DNA of 20,000 nucleotides. It comes from Chiloscyllium plagiosum. Lineage: Eukaryota. Location: positions 60,280,033-60,300,032 of the forward strand of contig NC_057719.1 of the NCBI RefSeq assembly GCF_004010195.1, in the 5' to 3' direction. The translations under genes were made by a program, and so were the position numbers. Under the pieces are notes generated by a model, which saw nothing but the letters and a program-made list of their open reading frames with translations, had not been told where the DNA came from and ran no database searches. Of this stretch, positions 1 to 10,490 are shown piece by piece; position 1 is the stretch's first letter, and the number at the start of each line of letters is the position of its first letter.

Positions 1-940
1 AAATGGCAAACTCAGAGCACTCTGTATTTAACCCCTCAGAAGAATGATTTTCTTGACATTTCCTGAGAAATCCAACCTTCCACTACAAAATATCAGCCCT
101 GCTCTGCTTATCATTGCTATTTTGTTCCATCAAGCACAAGGATTCCCTCCCTTTGGAACAAACATAGTATTTAAGTTTCAAACAAAATGATTTTATCCAT
201 AGGCATAAAATACAACACATCATAGCAAAAAGAAAACATGAAAGAAAAAGGGCAGTACAGTCCAAAGTATACTGATCACACCCAATCAGATTCTACTTCA
301 TGAAGACAGAGAAAAGTGGAATATTTCGAAAAAACTGTCTTATCGTTTTCAGGAGATTTCAATTAAACAAATAGGCAGGACTGAGTTACACAATGGACAA
401 CAGCACTATATTTTCACACTTAAGATCTGAGTCTAAATCTAGCTGAGGCCAATGGGCTATAAATCTCTTCTCTATGACAGCTGTTAAGCATCTTAAATGA
501 AATGAATTTGTGCAGTCTCAACTCAGTTTTTAGTGCTGAGTCCACAACAAAGTACTGCCAATAAATCAGCAGTAATTTGGAAATCTTACTTAGCGTAGCT
601 TTATGGATAGCTGCAGCGAGAAATAGAAAGGTCACATTCGTTTATTTAGGGGATTATCTTCTGAAATGAGTATGTTGATGGGGCAAAGCAGAAGGGCTTT
701 ACCTGCATTTAAATCTGTGCAATCAAATCTGCATTTCTACCTAACCAGGAAGGAATTAGTGCTGAAACTAGATTTGAAATCAAAACATGGTTCCTTCCCA
801 ACTTCAGACCTTCTTCACTTTATCAAATGCATAAATCATCAAAAATAAATTAAATGTGGAAGTAAGGAATAATTTAGTTCTAAGTGCTTAAATTTTGCTA
901 GATCAATAATTCCACTAGCTAAACCTAAGTGGTACAACAA

Positions 941-1198
941 ATTAGATTAGATTAGATTCCCTACAGTGTGGAAACAGGCCCTTCAGTGAACAAGTCAACA
1001 CCGACCCTCCGAAGAGTAACCCACCCAGACCCATTTCCCTCGAACTAATGCACCTAACACGATGGGCAATTTAGCATGGCCAATCTATCTGACCTGAACA
1101 TCTTTGGACTGTGGGAGGAAACCGGAGCACCCAGAGGAAACCCACGCAGACACGGAGAGAATGTGCAAACTCCACACAGACAGTCGCCCAAGGCATGG
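941..1198 (-). mobile_element. HE1-type V-SINE (tRNA-derived), 5'-truncated
   Basis: The minus strand reads the V-SINE central domain (GTCTGTGTGGAGTTTGCACATTCTCTCCGTGTCTGCGTGGGTTTCCTCTGGGTGCTCCGGTTTCCTCCCACAGTCCAAAGATG). It is followed by a CR1/HER1-like tail, GAAGGGCCTGTTTCCACACTGTAGGG, and (AATCT)n terminal repeats. Most of the tRNA head is missing. Confidence 0.92.
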
Positions 1199-2190
1199 TA
1201 TTTCTTGTAATTATAAGGAGATGATATCACATTCATTCCAATCAAATAAACAAAGAAATGCTCTGCTATCAAACATTTTAAACTTGTTAAATTTCTTGGT
1301 ATTGATTTCATTAGTTCCTAACTTGAAGGAAATGAGAGAAATAAATTCCTGTAAAACCTTACAAAAACACCATTGTCCCTGAAGAGTAGAATATCATTTG
1401 AAAAAGTTAAAATATTTATAATATAACAAAGAAGAGAGTGAAACATAAGGCGTGATATTATTAGAAGACATATGTCTGAAACAGAATGTCGAGGATGGAA
1501 CAGTCACCTTTGAAGCAGAAAATTTATACAAGACTTTATGAGAACAAACTGTACCCCCAAAGGTGCTTCACTACAATCTTCATATTGTTTGAGAATTTAA
1601 AAAAAGAAGCTATTAATTTTTCCACAAAACACACTTTCTTCATCCCTTTTAGAGCACTGTCATTTTCTTTAGGTTCAGTTACAATACAAAATGGGGGGAT
1701 ATAGAATTTCTTCCTGTGTTCACTTAAGTTTGTGACTTGAAAGGAACTTGAAGATGATACTCCTCAAAACATTGATACTCTTATTTTATCTCAGCAGTAC
1801 AGACAATGGAAGTAACTTCAGTGAATTGTTGTATTGCATTTTGGATATAATACATGTTAAAGACATTGTGCACTGATGCTTGAAAGGCTGGATGTTGGGC
1901 ATTTATCTAGAAACCATCTCTGTCTTGGGTGGTGTATTGTTATTAGAACAATACCCGGAGGCTTAGAGATCCTAAGGGATCAGAAAGTGACCTGTCTTTT
2001 TGAAAGAACACCTCGTCTCTGCTCTGTTCGTAGCCATAGCACTGATATGGTTGACCAAATAAATTTCTGGTTAATTGTGATCCCAAACATGATGATAGAG
2101 ATTTACTTGAATGTCAAAGGAAGATGATTGAGCTTTTATTTGGAGCCAATGACGAGCAGATTTATTATGTGAACATTGTTCCAAGGGCTG

Positions 2191-2262
2191 GGATATCTGG
2201 TCGGCATGGATGGGTTCGACCGAAGGATCTGTTTCCATGCTGTACATCTCTATGACTCTATG
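2191..2262 (+). mobile_element. CR1/HER1 LINE extreme 3' tail (about 70 bp, heavily 5'-truncated)
   Basis: GGATATCTGGTCGGCATGGATGGGTTCGACCGAAGGATCTGTTTCCATGCTGTACATCTCTATGACTCTATG matches the shark CR1 3' stem-loop and short-repeat terminus. Imperfect flanking direct repeat: TCCAAGGGCTG (2180-2190) and TCCAAGTGCTG (2270-2280). Confidence 0.85.
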
Positions 2263-3291
2263 TATATAGTCCAAGTGCTGCCATAAACCAGCATACACAC
2301 CTGTAATTATACCAAATTTTGGAAGCCTACAGTTTAACATTATTCTTAAAACATTTAGACTGTGTGCTGGTTCAGATTGGATGGTGAATGTAGGAATGTG
2401 TAAATATAGGAAAAGAACAATGTTTAGCTCCAAGATATATGGCTAAAAATTAAAAGGCTTACTTTGAAGAGTAACTTGAAATCTTCTATTTATATTGAAT
2501 GATAAACTGATGGCTGTAAACCAAAGCAATATGATGCTAAGGACCAAATTAATTGTTGTATCCATGAGGATCAGAATGATATGTTTATTTCTAGATTAGA
2601 GGACAATGAAGGGCCATGATTTATTTATTTGTTTGGATGGAGACAGTGGAGGGTGGTAGTTATTGTAAAAATCAACCAGTGTATTGTGAAGAGCATGTTG
2701 CTGTAATTTGAAGCTTATTTTCATGCCAAGCAGGAGAATTGGGGATCTTTACTTCTTTACAGAGCAGCCTCAATATATTTGTTTCTGTATATTAGCGACT
2801 GCAGGGCAGTAGCCCACCAATTATGAAATAATTTCTCAACCTGATTATCTTTTCAAGGACTTGTGAATAACCTGTTTCTTAAAGTAACAAAATTCCAGCA
2901 CAGAAGTCAAAGAGATCCTGCAGGAGATATCTATGTTATAGACAAAAATAACCAAGGTGGGACTGTAGATTTCTAGTATTTCAGAGAGTTCAGGAGAGTG
3001 TTAGCTTTGGGACCACAGTTTTAAGAATTGTTGTCTGTGACGTTGGGCCTATGAACTTATTTGCAGCTACGAAAGGTGGAAAATGTGTACATCTAAAAGC
3101 AACATAAATTTTCAAAAAGTAATAATTCCAGAATCATTGATAAATATTTATTAACAACAGGGATGGCCCTAGTCAGAAAAATATTTAAGATTTAAATTTT
3201 ATAAAAGATTTTGTGACATTTTGGGGTAAAGAATTGATAAGCCTGAAGGTTAGTTGAAATTAATTTTAAAATAATTCCAGTGTTTTATATA

Positions 3292-3410
3292 TACCGACAT
3301 CACATGGACTGTGGCTGTTCAAAAAGACAACTTATTCCCACTTTCTCAATGCATTTAGGTAATTAATGCTGGTCTTACCAGCAGTGCCCATGACACATAT
3401 ATGAGTAAAA
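3292..3410 (+). mobile_element. Degenerate 3' tail of a second CR1-like LINE family
   Basis: CACATGGACTGTGGCTGTTCAAAAAGACAACT...CTTTCTCAA...TAATGCTGGTCTTACCAGCAGTGCCCA followed by an A-rich end. It is similar to the reverse complement of 17005-17112 and to the tail of the SINE at 13456-13845. Confidence 0.7.
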
Positions 3411-6400
3411 GAAAAATATTCTGCGTGACCATAGGTGAGTGAATTATAAAGAGCATTACCAGCCTTGGAGGTCTGGAAGGTAGCTTCAAGTTAAACTGGT
3501 GAACTGTGGTGACATGCTAGGCAAGCCCCAAGCAATACCCTAGCATATCTGAATTGGAATGCCGGTTTTGCATCACTGCAACAAACCTCAGACAGGGAGT
3601 GATTGGCAGCCAATCTGGGGGAATGGGAGACTGGAGTACTAGAAGTGGGGGGGAAAGAATTGAGAGACAATCAGTGGCATGAAGGCATTCAGAGAACGAG
3701 TCTTTGGCATCGCAGCAAATTGGTTTCGCTTAATTCCATATTTGTTAAAGTAACTTTTTTTTCAAAACTAATCTCATCTTTTTAGAGATAGCCTCTGAAT
3801 TTCTTAAACATTGCAGTTTTGATGTACAGAAATTATGCTTTCCTAACAGCTGGCCACACTAATTTTACCACGGGGATCCCAAACAGGCACTGGACCTTAT
3901 TTGTACATATAAAGGGAGAAATGGAAAATAGCATTTTTCAGGTGAGCACCCACTTTCATTGCCTTTTCTTCCACAGTCTTTACCAATATAGTGACAGGCA
4001 CAATTCTACTATGGAATATACAGACCATATTAGACTCTTTGACACCTATTTAATGCCTGTGTAATCAGCCTGGTGCCAACCAAATTCTACACCACTCTGT
4101 TCAATGTATTAGACTCTGCATACTGGAATTAGAATTCCACATATGAAAGCGCTGAATCTCTTTGGATTTCAAACTGAGCTACTTTACCTTAGGTGTGAAC
4201 CTTTAAACTGTAATATTCCCATGTGATGGAAATCACATCTAAACTTAAATAACCAATTTAAAATCCTCAATATTTCACTGACACTCAACTGATGCAGCAT
4301 AGTAGCTTTATTTTGTTTGGATTTGAGGTGTCACTGATGCAACAATGGGAATAAGAGTAGTGAATATTTTATATTCCATAGTTTGGGGAAGGATAGACTG
4401 AAACTTGACTTCAGACAAATATGTGCACTGAGTCCAAACTGCATCTGTCATTTTTATTTCATGGAGCAATTTCTATTAAAAATGTTATCGATAAAATGAA
4501 ATGTACACTGGAACTTGTAATTTTATTTTCATTCTCCACAAAATAAAAGTGCCAGCACTTCCTTGACATGAATACTTCTGAAAATCATATTTAAGTGACA
4601 GCAAAGTGTTAGTGTGTGTACATTTAAAGTACATAGATGAAAATAATTTATATGGTAATTTGAGATTCAGCCAATTTAGGTTTTTATTAACTATCCATAA
4701 AATGCTACTGGTATAATACTGCAGATTGATTAAGAAACGATTAGTACTGTAAGAAAGATTTAATATGTTAGTGCTATTGTTCTCGTTCTGTTCTGAAACT
4801 CCATCACATTCTTCTCTGTCGGTGTATTGAAATCACTTATCTACTGCTGCTCAGTGAATCTGAATAAAGCTCGCTACAAGAACATGCCAAGCTTAAAACA
4901 ATCAATAAACTCTCATCTTCCCTTAACAGTTTAATATTAATCTGGAGTATGGTGCAGAATCTTAAATGCACCATTATTGTCAGCCTGGCCTCCGGTATAG
5001 CAGAGTGGACCAAGCAGGAGGACAATGTGAATGGAAAAAAAAGACTGAACACAGCAGGAGATCAGTGATGATTTGTTAATGAAACTTTTGTGCTGCCTTC
5101 TGGTTTGATGAGTTCCCATAGTGATCAAATAGAAATATAAATAGGCTTCTGTTGTTGTGGTCAATTTTCTATTTATTGACATGATGAAAACAGACATGAC
5201 ACAATCATAAACCATAAATTTCCTACTTCAGTGCTGCTGAGAATCAATCAATCAGTCACTGAATGCTAACTTTGAAAATCAAATCAGTGAATAATAAATT
5301 TATTGAGTTAAAATCTCTCCATTATTATAATGAGAAATTTCATTAATGGCTTGAAATTCTTTCTTGAAATGGTATTGAAGCCTCATAACTGTTTCAAATA
5401 ATCTGCATGAAGGTCAAAAGAAGAATGTATATATTCCACTAAACTCAACAAATTGCTAAATGCATTTGCTAATACCAATAAACATTCTAAAGACTACATA
5501 ATACTATATTTTCAATTAGAAGTAATGTCCCGTCTTCATTCTTTTTTTAAATAGACTATAAATGGATTGTCCTTCATCCATCATGTTATGGAATTAGTCA
5601 CAGAAGGCATATAATGTGGCTAGATTTTTTAAAAATCTACAACTATAGTAAAAGTCCTTTTTTGTTAATTTATCTGTTGAGCAATAGAAATAATATTGAA
5701 CTTCTTAAATTAATCTAAAGGTTTGCACAAAAAAAATTAGCTTTTGCTTTGCAGCTATTACAAAATAAGATTGAAGGGAGTTGGGTAAATGTGCAACATA
5801 TTCAGCTGATCATAGTATTCAAGTTAGACAGCTATAATTGAGCATCCAGCACTGTGTTTTATTATCCAGTTAGGTCTAAAACATTTGAATCTCTGTATGT
5901 CATTGCACTGGAATAATTTCAGATCATCTCCACTTGGCAGCTTCAGAAAGGATAACATTCGGACTTACAACACTACACAGACGCAGGAGCTTTCATGTTT
6001 TGAGTCACTTAGTTCAAAAATGTCATAGTTTAAGGTAGCAATATAAAGCTTTGCTGAATTACTGGCTTTGTGTTCTGCAATGTCATGTCCACTTACATTA
6101 AAACTGCAATTGGTTAAATGCTATGATGTTTGATAGTCCAACATGAAAACTATCTTAAACTAGACTTGCTGTGGAAAATGCAGATTTTGAACTCCAGCCT
6201 TCAAATATGAAAAGCAGAGCAAAGTTAGAAATGTTTCATGATGATCAATACAGTTATATCAATGTTCAATGAAACATTTGTTAGAAATGACTCCTTAACT
6301 ATCAAGCCAATCTATACAAAAGGTGCAGATTATGGAAACTTTTCAAACTAAATTCACACTGTCTGCCTAGTTTAAATCTCAAAAGGTATACTGAACAATT

Positions 6401-7407
6401 ACAAATAAAAAGCATTTTTAATAATGGTAATGAAATGACGTAAAGATAAAATAAATTCTACTGAGAGTCACTGAGCCCTTTGTCAAAATTAGTTGCATAA
6501 GACTAGTGGACATGATCAATTACAATTTATAAAATTCTTCATCAATTTTAACATCCTGTGGAGTGAAAATAAACATTCTGTTATGTGAAAAATAATAGAT
6601 TTGCACTTTGAAGAAGTAACACCTCAGATCTTTGAAAAGAACACAAAATAATATAGAGGAAGTTAACTAACTTTGACAAAACTAGGTAGTATTGAGAACC
6701 ATTGTAACTGCTTCCCAAAGGTGCAGTTTTGATGCAGTTGTGTCCTATAGCTTGACTGAAACAATAGCTTGAATTTAATTTCATGAACATCACCAAGAAA
6801 GTTGGATCCTAAACTGCACCTGAGACTGTGCCATTTTGTCAATGTTAAATCACAGCCCAGTGTTTTCATATCCACAGCTCTACTTAGAATATGCCTGAAT
6901 GTGAAAGAATCTCACAAATCTCCATAATACTCAAGTATGGTTGAAACATAATTGTGAAGTTCTTTTGGCAGAAACAGTTGTATCAGCCAGACACTTCTAG
7001 AATTGTAACATCAGCTGATAAACTTTGATTAGTTGTTATCTCTTCCTACAGACTCTATCTGCTGGTACAAATGTGTATGATAGCTTTAAGTGGACAAACA
7101 AAATGTATAGAGTAATATTCAATACATTGCATTCCTCCACTTTTTAGCAGATAAGAAACATAGCATGTTTCAGTGGTTTATTTTCAAAAGTATAAACAAT
7201 AAACTTTCTCTCTTGAGTAAGATATTATCCGATGTCAGGTGTTGTCTCACTTAATTCATGCTTTTTAAAAAATCTGATATATCCATGTCAGAGTTGGATT
7301 CAAAACTTACAAAAGGAGTTTTCAGTATTTTGGAGACACTTGTGTCATAATTTGCAAATTGTATTTAGCACTCATTATTGATTCTTTTGTATTGATCACA
7401 ACAAATG

Positions 7408-7808
7408 AGCGTTCATTAGCAGAGGGATTGAATTTAGCGTTCATTAGCAGAGGGATTGAATTCAAGAGTCGTGAAGTGATGTTGCAACTGTACAGGACTT
7501 TGGTTAGGCCACATTTGGAGTACTGTGTGCAGTTCTGGTCGCCTCACTTTAGGAAAGATGTGGAAGCTTTGGAGAGGGTGCAGAGAAGATTTACCAGGAT
7601 GTTGCCTGGAATGGAGAATAGGTCGTACGAGGATAGGTTGAGAGTGCTAGGCCTTTTCTCGTTGGAACGGCGAAGGATGAGGGGTGATTTGATAGAGGTT
7701 TATAAGATGATCAGAGGAATAGATAGAGTAGACAGTCAGAAACTTTTTCCCCGGATACAACAGAGTGTTACAAGGGGACATAAACTTAAGGTGAAGGGTG
7801 GAAGGTAT
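7408..7808 (+). mobile_element. CR1/HER1 LINE ORF2 C-terminal fragment, 5'-truncated, runs into the gap
   Basis: Uninterrupted frame AFISRGIEFKSREVMLQLYRTLVRPHLEYCVQFWSPH...LERVQRRFTRMLPG...LGLFSLERRRMRGDLIEVYKMIRG...TRGHKLK, the typical CR1 post-RT region. Retained CpGs suggest a young copy. Confidence 0.95.
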
Positions 7809-8077
7809 NNNNNNNNNNNNNNNNNNNNNNNNNNNNNNNNNNNNNNNNNNNNNNNNNNNNNNNNNNNNNNNNNNNNNNNNNNNNNNNNNNNNNNNNNNNN
7901 NNNNNNNNNNNNNNNNNNNNNNNNNNNNNNNNNNNNNNNNNNNNNNNNNNNNNNNNNNNNNNNNNNNNNNNNNNNNNNNNNNNNNNNNNNNNNNNNNNNN
8001 NNNNNNNNNNNNNNNNNNNNNNNNNNNNNNNNNNNNNNNNNNNNNNNNNNNNNNNNNNNNNNNNNNNNNNNNNNNNN
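7809..8077. other. Assembly gap (269 N)
   Basis: Run of N characters. Confidence 1.
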
Positions 8078-8265
8078 TTCGGTTGTCAGTTTCAGCTGTC
8101 CGCTGTAGTGGTTGGTATATTGGGTCCAGGTCGATGTGTTTGTTGATGGAGTTTGTGGATGAATGCCATGCCTCTAGGAATTCCCTGGCTGTTCTCTGTC
8201 TGGCTTGCCCTATGATAGTAGTGTTGTCCCAGTCGTATTCATGTTGCTTGTTGTCTGCGTGTGTG
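8078..8265 (-). mobile_element. Penelope-like element, inverted 5'-truncated copy (left arm)
   Basis: The reverse complement encodes ..HADNKQHEYDWDNTTIIGQARQRTAREFLEAWHSSTNSINKHIDLDPIYQPL. 8080-8234 is the exact reverse complement of 8273-8427. Confidence 0.9.
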
Positions 8266-8573
8266 TGAATTTGACTGGGACAACACTACTATCATAGGGC
8301 AAGCCAGACAGAGAACAGCCAGGGAATTCCTAGAGGCATGGCATTCATCCACAAACTCCATCAACAAACACATCGACCTGGACCCAATATACCAACCACT
8401 ACAGCGGACAGCTGAAACTGACAACCGGAAGCGGCAGGGACAGACCACTATAAACACCGGAGGAAACATCAAAGAAGCGCTTCGCAGGAGGCTCCCAAGC
8501 ACTGATGATGTCGCCTAGCCAGGGGACGAAACGTTTGCAACAAAAACTTCCAGCTCGGCGAACAGAACCACAA
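8266..8573 (+). mobile_element. Penelope-like element 3' end/pLTR (GIY-YIG C-terminal part, hammerhead motif, tail)
   Basis: EFDWDNTTIIGQARQRTAREFLEAWHS...INKHIDLDPIYQPL fits the H-x-F-D-W...R-x-x-L-E-x-W-H...IN end of PLE GIY-YIG endonucleases. It is followed by a hammerhead motif. Confidence 0.9.
8499..8538 (+). ncRNA. Minimal type I hammerhead ribozyme motif (PLE-associated)
   Basis: gca-CUGAUGA-u-[gucgccu agcc aggggac]-GAAA-CGUU-ugc. Both core boxes are intact, helix II pairs at 6 of 7 positions, helix III is the palindrome AACGUU, and helix I is 3 bp (gca/ugc). Confidence 0.75.
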
Positions 8574-10308
8574 GCATTTTATGTCATGGCTCTAGTGGTG
8601 TTACTAAAAATTCAATGTTTCTCCTTGAATTTACTTTAATTCAATCCTGATATACTCAGTTGTGTTCACATACATGTTCATTATTAGCTCTGCATTGCAG
8701 CTCAGGAAGACGTGCAGAGGACTGCATTTGGAGATTTTCCAGTTGACTGAGGAGTAACTCTAAATGCAAAGAAAGTGATGCAACTTTTGCTTTCATGACT
8801 AACCCTCAGCTGTATGTATCACTTTTCTCAAGGTTTGCATTAATATCTGAGCTTCTCTATTAGTTCTCGACCAATGGTGTATGATTTTTTGATGAGTTAA
8901 AATAAAATAGTTAACAAATTTACTGAACTCATCAGTGTTTTTGAATTGGGTGCAATGTTACTTCTTGGCATTTGAGGGATTCCAAACAAGATGAAAATCT
9001 GTCAAACCTTGTGATGACTGTTTTCACGGAAGTTAATGTAACTATATACAGAACCAGGACTCTGCTGTGGTTGTCAGTGACAACAAGCAGGTGATCTAAT
9101 ACACAAAAACAACGCTAACCTCAATCCATGGTCTGGGATACAAAGTTATTTCCCCTTGTGAGCAGATCACCTCATTCTATTATAAAACACAATGCAGATG
9201 TGGATATGGAAGTGGGGGAAATAATGTGGAAAGAGAAGCAGAGCACATGGATGGTGAACAGCTTTTTTATTCCGTTCATGAGCACGGCATTGTTATATAC
9301 AGCTATGTATAAGTTCCACAGCTATGCTCCTTCCTAAATGTACAGCCTCCATCGAGTTCAGCCCACCTCTAAATAAAGATAAAGTCAACTGTCTTTCTTC
9401 AACCATATGCAAATGTGAACATATTAAACTATGCTGAATTAGCGGTTCAATGATAGGCTCACTTTCAAATGCATGAATAAAGTTTTGTAGAAAGAGTTGG
9501 TGAAGCTGGAGAATGCAGTAAACTGTTCAAACAGAATTAACAGAAGGTGAAAATGGACTGGAGTCAGTGAACACATAATGGGATGAAGCATCATAGGGAC
9601 ATTAAGACCCTAGGTTCCATCAAAAACAACAGAGTCTTGTATCAGAGTTGGCTGTGACAATCAATTGCAGAACTGCAAAGGTGATGCTTAAGCTGCAGGA
9701 GGCATTTTAACAACTGTTTGATATTTTTGAATATTCACAGGACCCACCATCAAACAACACTGATGTACAGGTTAAGACCTCCAACTTTATAGAGACCCAG
9801 AGATTGGCAGATGTGATGGTCCACGGCTTTCAGTCCTTTCTGATGTCCCATGACATCCACTGTTTATGCAAAGAAATATTAGCTGTAACTATAGATTAGA
9901 ATTACATTGGTAGGTTGGCACAAGGTAGCTCGGAAATTTAATTCTAGAATTTGTACAGCAACTTTTCTTTTCCTGGATCATAGAGCCATATGCAGGCTCA
10001 ACATAAGCTATTTTCTCAAATGCATACCACCTGTGAATGTGCCATGCCTCAACACATGACTTGCTCCCTCATGGATAAGTGGAATTATCCTGATCAGAAA
10101 GTGCTGATGTTGTGGTAAAATTTCACTTGAACTGTGTCATTCTCTGCAGTATGTAGATCAAAGCCTCAAGTCATATAAACTGGCAAACTGTCCTTTGTAA
10201 GGTACAATTGGTGCACAGCTTGCTCCTTAGGCTTCTCGTGGAATGGTGGTTGGGGTCTGTATTCTTTTTGGGTAGTCCAGTTATAAATTGGATGCAGTCT
10301 CCGTCTGA

Positions 10309-10490
10309 CTACACTGCATCACTTTCCTGGCCTCCAATTTCTGGGTCTTTCCAATCTTCTCCAACAAAATTTGGACCGGAGCTAAAAGAAATGCCTTGCC
10401 CGACAGTTCTTTCAAGGATGGTCTGCCTAATGGCTTCCTGCAGCATTCTCCCCTGATCAGTTGATCTGTACCAACGTCTGAGTGCTTCTG
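10309..10490 (-). CDS. Candidate terminal coding exon of an unidentified gene
   Basis: A pyrimidine-rich acceptor, TTGTCCCCACATTTTCCACAG|CAG|, is followed by an open frame EALRRWYRSTDQGRMLQEAIRQTILERTVGQGISFSSGPNFVGEDWKDPEIGGQESDAV-stop. GC and CpG are locally raised. A minus-strand AATAAA lies at 9271-9266. The peptide is not recognised. Confidence 0.3.

Noticed and set aside
447..465. CCAAT followed by TATAAA as a promoter
   Set aside because: The two motifs are only 4 nt apart, which is not canonical spacing. There is no CpG island or downstream exon.
1054..1382. ORFs of 85 and 92 aa
   Set aside because: They are chance translations of the HE1 SINE and its flank.
3601..3615. Palindrome GATTGGCAGCCAATC
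   Set aside because: It is short. The 1-nt spacing does not fit the NFI site TTGGC-N5-GCCAA, and there is no supporting context.
6860..7075. Two plus-strand acceptor-like sites (TTTTCATATCCACAG, TCTCTTCCTACAG)
   Set aside because: No convincing exon frame or recognisable peptide follows either site.
7359..8108. 249-aa ORF, and the 156-aa ORF at 7798-8268
   Set aside because: Their length is an artefact of translating through the N gap. The real content is a CR1 fragment and the antisense strand of a PLE arm.
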